A DNA stretch of 64,000 bases from Squalus acanthias (lineage: Eukaryota). The stretch's first letter is position 1. Every line of letters starts with the position of its first letter. A program made the position numbers and the translations under genes. The notes under the pieces are model-generated. The model did not search any database. It saw nothing but the letters and a program-made list of their open reading frames with translations, and was not told where the DNA came from. The stretch is from the NCBI GenBank assembly GCA_030390025.1, contig CM059438.1:93434001-93498000 (forward strand), in the 5' to 3' direction. Shown here piece by piece: positions 62,069-64,000 of the stretch.

Positions 62069-62568
62069 NNNNNNNNNNNNNNNNNNNNNNNNNNNNNNNN
62101 NNNNNNNNNNNNNNNNNNNNNNNNNNNNNNNNNNNNNNNNNNNNNNNNNNNNNNNNNNNNNNNNNNNNNNNNNNNNNNNNNNNNNNNNNNNNNNNNNNNN
62201 NNNNNNNNNNNNNNNNNNNNNNNNNNNNNNNNNNNNNNNNNNNNNNNNNNNNNNNNNNNNNNNNNNNNNNNNNNNNNNNNNNNNNNNNNNNNNNNNNNNN
62301 NNNNNNNNNNNNNNNNNNNNNNNNNNNNNNNNNNNNNNNNNNNNNNNNNNNNNNNNNNNNNNNNNNNNNNNNNNNNNNNNNNNNNNNNNNNNNNNNNNNN
62401 NNNNNNNNNNNNNNNNNNNNNNNNNNNNNNNNNNNNNNNNNNNNNNNNNNNNNNNNNNNNNNNNNNNNNNNNNNNNNNNNNNNNNNNNNNNNNNNNNNNN
62501 NNNNNNNNNNNNNNNNNNNNNNNNNNNNNNNNNNNNNNNNNNNNNNNNNNNNNNNNNNNNNNNNNNNN
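62069..62568. other. Assembly gap (500 N)
   Basis: N run between two simple-repeat tracts. Confidence 1.
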
Positions 62569-63690
62569 TCTCCCTCTATCTATCACACTCTCTCTCTCTC
62601 CTATCTATCACACTCTCTCTCTCTATCTATCACACTCTCTCTCTCTATCTATCACACTCTCTCTCTCCCTCTATCTATCACACTCTCTCTCTCTCCCTCT
62701 ATCTATCACACTCTCTCTCTCCTCTATCTATCACACTCTCTCTCTCATCTATCTATCACACTCTCTCTCTCCCTCTATCTATCACACTCTCTCTCTCTCC
62801 TATCTATCACACTCTCTCTCTATCTATCACACTCTCTCTCTCTATCTATCACACTCTCTCTCTCCCTCTATCTATCACACTCTCTCTCTCTCTCCCCTCT
62901 CTCTCCTCTATCACCCCTCTCTCTCTCCCTCTATCTATCACTCTCTCTCTCTCTCTCTATCTATCCACTCTCTCTCTCCCTCTATCTATCACACTCTCTC
63001 TCTCCCTCTATCTATCACACTCTCTCTCTCCCTCTATCTATCACTCTCTCTCTCTCCCTCTATCTATCACACTCTCTCTCTCTCCTCTATCTATCACACT
63101 CTCTCTCTCTATCTATCACACTCTCTCTCTCCTCTATCTATCACACACTCTCTCTCTCCCTCTATCTATCACACTCTCTCTCTCCCTCTATCTATCACAC
63201 TCTCTCTCTCTATCTATCACTCACTCTCTCTCCCTCTATCTATCACACTCTCTCTCTCCCCTCTCTATCACACTCTCTCTCTCCCTCTATCTATCACTCT
63301 CTCTCTCTCCCTCTATCTATCACTCTCTCTCTCCCTCTATCTATCACACTCTCTCTCTCTCATCTATCACACTCTCTCTCTCTATCTTCACCTCTCTCTC
63401 TCTCTATCTATCACACTCTCTCTCTCCCTCTATCTATCACACTCTCTCTCTCCCTCTATCTATCACACTCTCTCTCTCCCTCTATCTATCACACTCTCTC
63501 TCTCCCTCTATCTATCACACTCTCTCTCTCTCTATCTATCACACTCTCTCTCTCTCTCTCTATCACACTCTCTCTCCCTCTATCTATCACACTCTCTCTC
63601 TCTATCTATCTATCACCACTCTCTCTCTCTCTCTCTATCACACTCTCTCTCCCTCTACTATTCCACACTCTCTCTCTCTATCTATCACAC

Positions 63691-63724
<34 letters not shown>

Positions 63725-63810
63725 TCTCTATCTATCACACTCTCTCTCTCTCTCTCTATCACACTCTCTCTCCCTCTATCTATCACACTCTCTCTCTCTA
63801 TCTATCACAC

Positions 63811-63844
<34 letters not shown>

Positions 63845-63897
63845 TCTCTATCTATCACACTCTCTCTCTCTATCTATCTATCACACTCTCTCTCTCC
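62569..63897. repeat. ctatctatcacactctctctct(cc) satellite, 20-28-bp variable unit
   Basis: Directly visible; G-free on the + strand. Confidence 0.95.
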
Positions 63898-63904
63898 TGT
63901 TGCT

Positions 63905-64000
63905 GGGTGAACTACAGCTCCCACAGTGCCCCGCGGGCCCGGGTCCCGGGGAAAGGGAGAAAATGGCGGCGGGCGCGGCCTGTCACTCGGGCCTCGGCCT
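63905..64000. promoter_or_regulatory. Edge of a CpG-island promoter with ZNF143 (SBS) and YY1 motifs
   Basis: ACTACAgcTCCCAcagTGCcccgcg at 63911-63935 (ACTACAnnTCCCA ZNF143/THAP11 motif) and AAAATGGCGGC at 63960-63970 (YY1); abrupt rise in GC and CpG. Confidence 0.7.

Noticed and set aside
61249-63910. ORFs across microsatellites and the N gap
   Set aside because: Simple repeats and Ns.

Overview
Eukaryotic, repeat-rich vertebrate DNA. The repeats (Deu-domain tRNA SINEs, CR1, L2 and RTE LINEs, Penelope-like fragments) look cartilaginous-fish (shark) like; this is an inference. The + strand carries the 3' end of GPSM1/AGS3 as four coding exons (1906-2100, 30428-30587, 34201-34421, 37003-37185) encoding the linker and four GoLoco motifs, with a 28.3-kb intron and a 3'UTR reaching about 39.9 kb. 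Convergent on the - strand is a multi-exon gene I cannot name. Its phase-compatible exons (58374-58090, 53624-53406, 52369-52295, 51122-50816, 49849-49761, plus uncertain 3' exons) encode a Gln/Pro/Ser-rich low-complexity protein. A CpG-rich promoter edge with ZNF143 and YY1 motifs lies at the far end. Notable non-genic structures are a perfect 92-bp-arm palindrome made of two hammerhead-ribozyme-bearing Penelope-like termini with a 13-bp target-site duplication (TSD), further hammerhead-like motifs, a 33-bp minisatellite grown inside a SINE, a 2.4-kb polypyrimidine satellite, twin hairpins before a GPSM1 exon, and an LF-SINE-like element. There are two assembly gaps. All calls were made by eye with no database search, and repeat boundaries are approximate.
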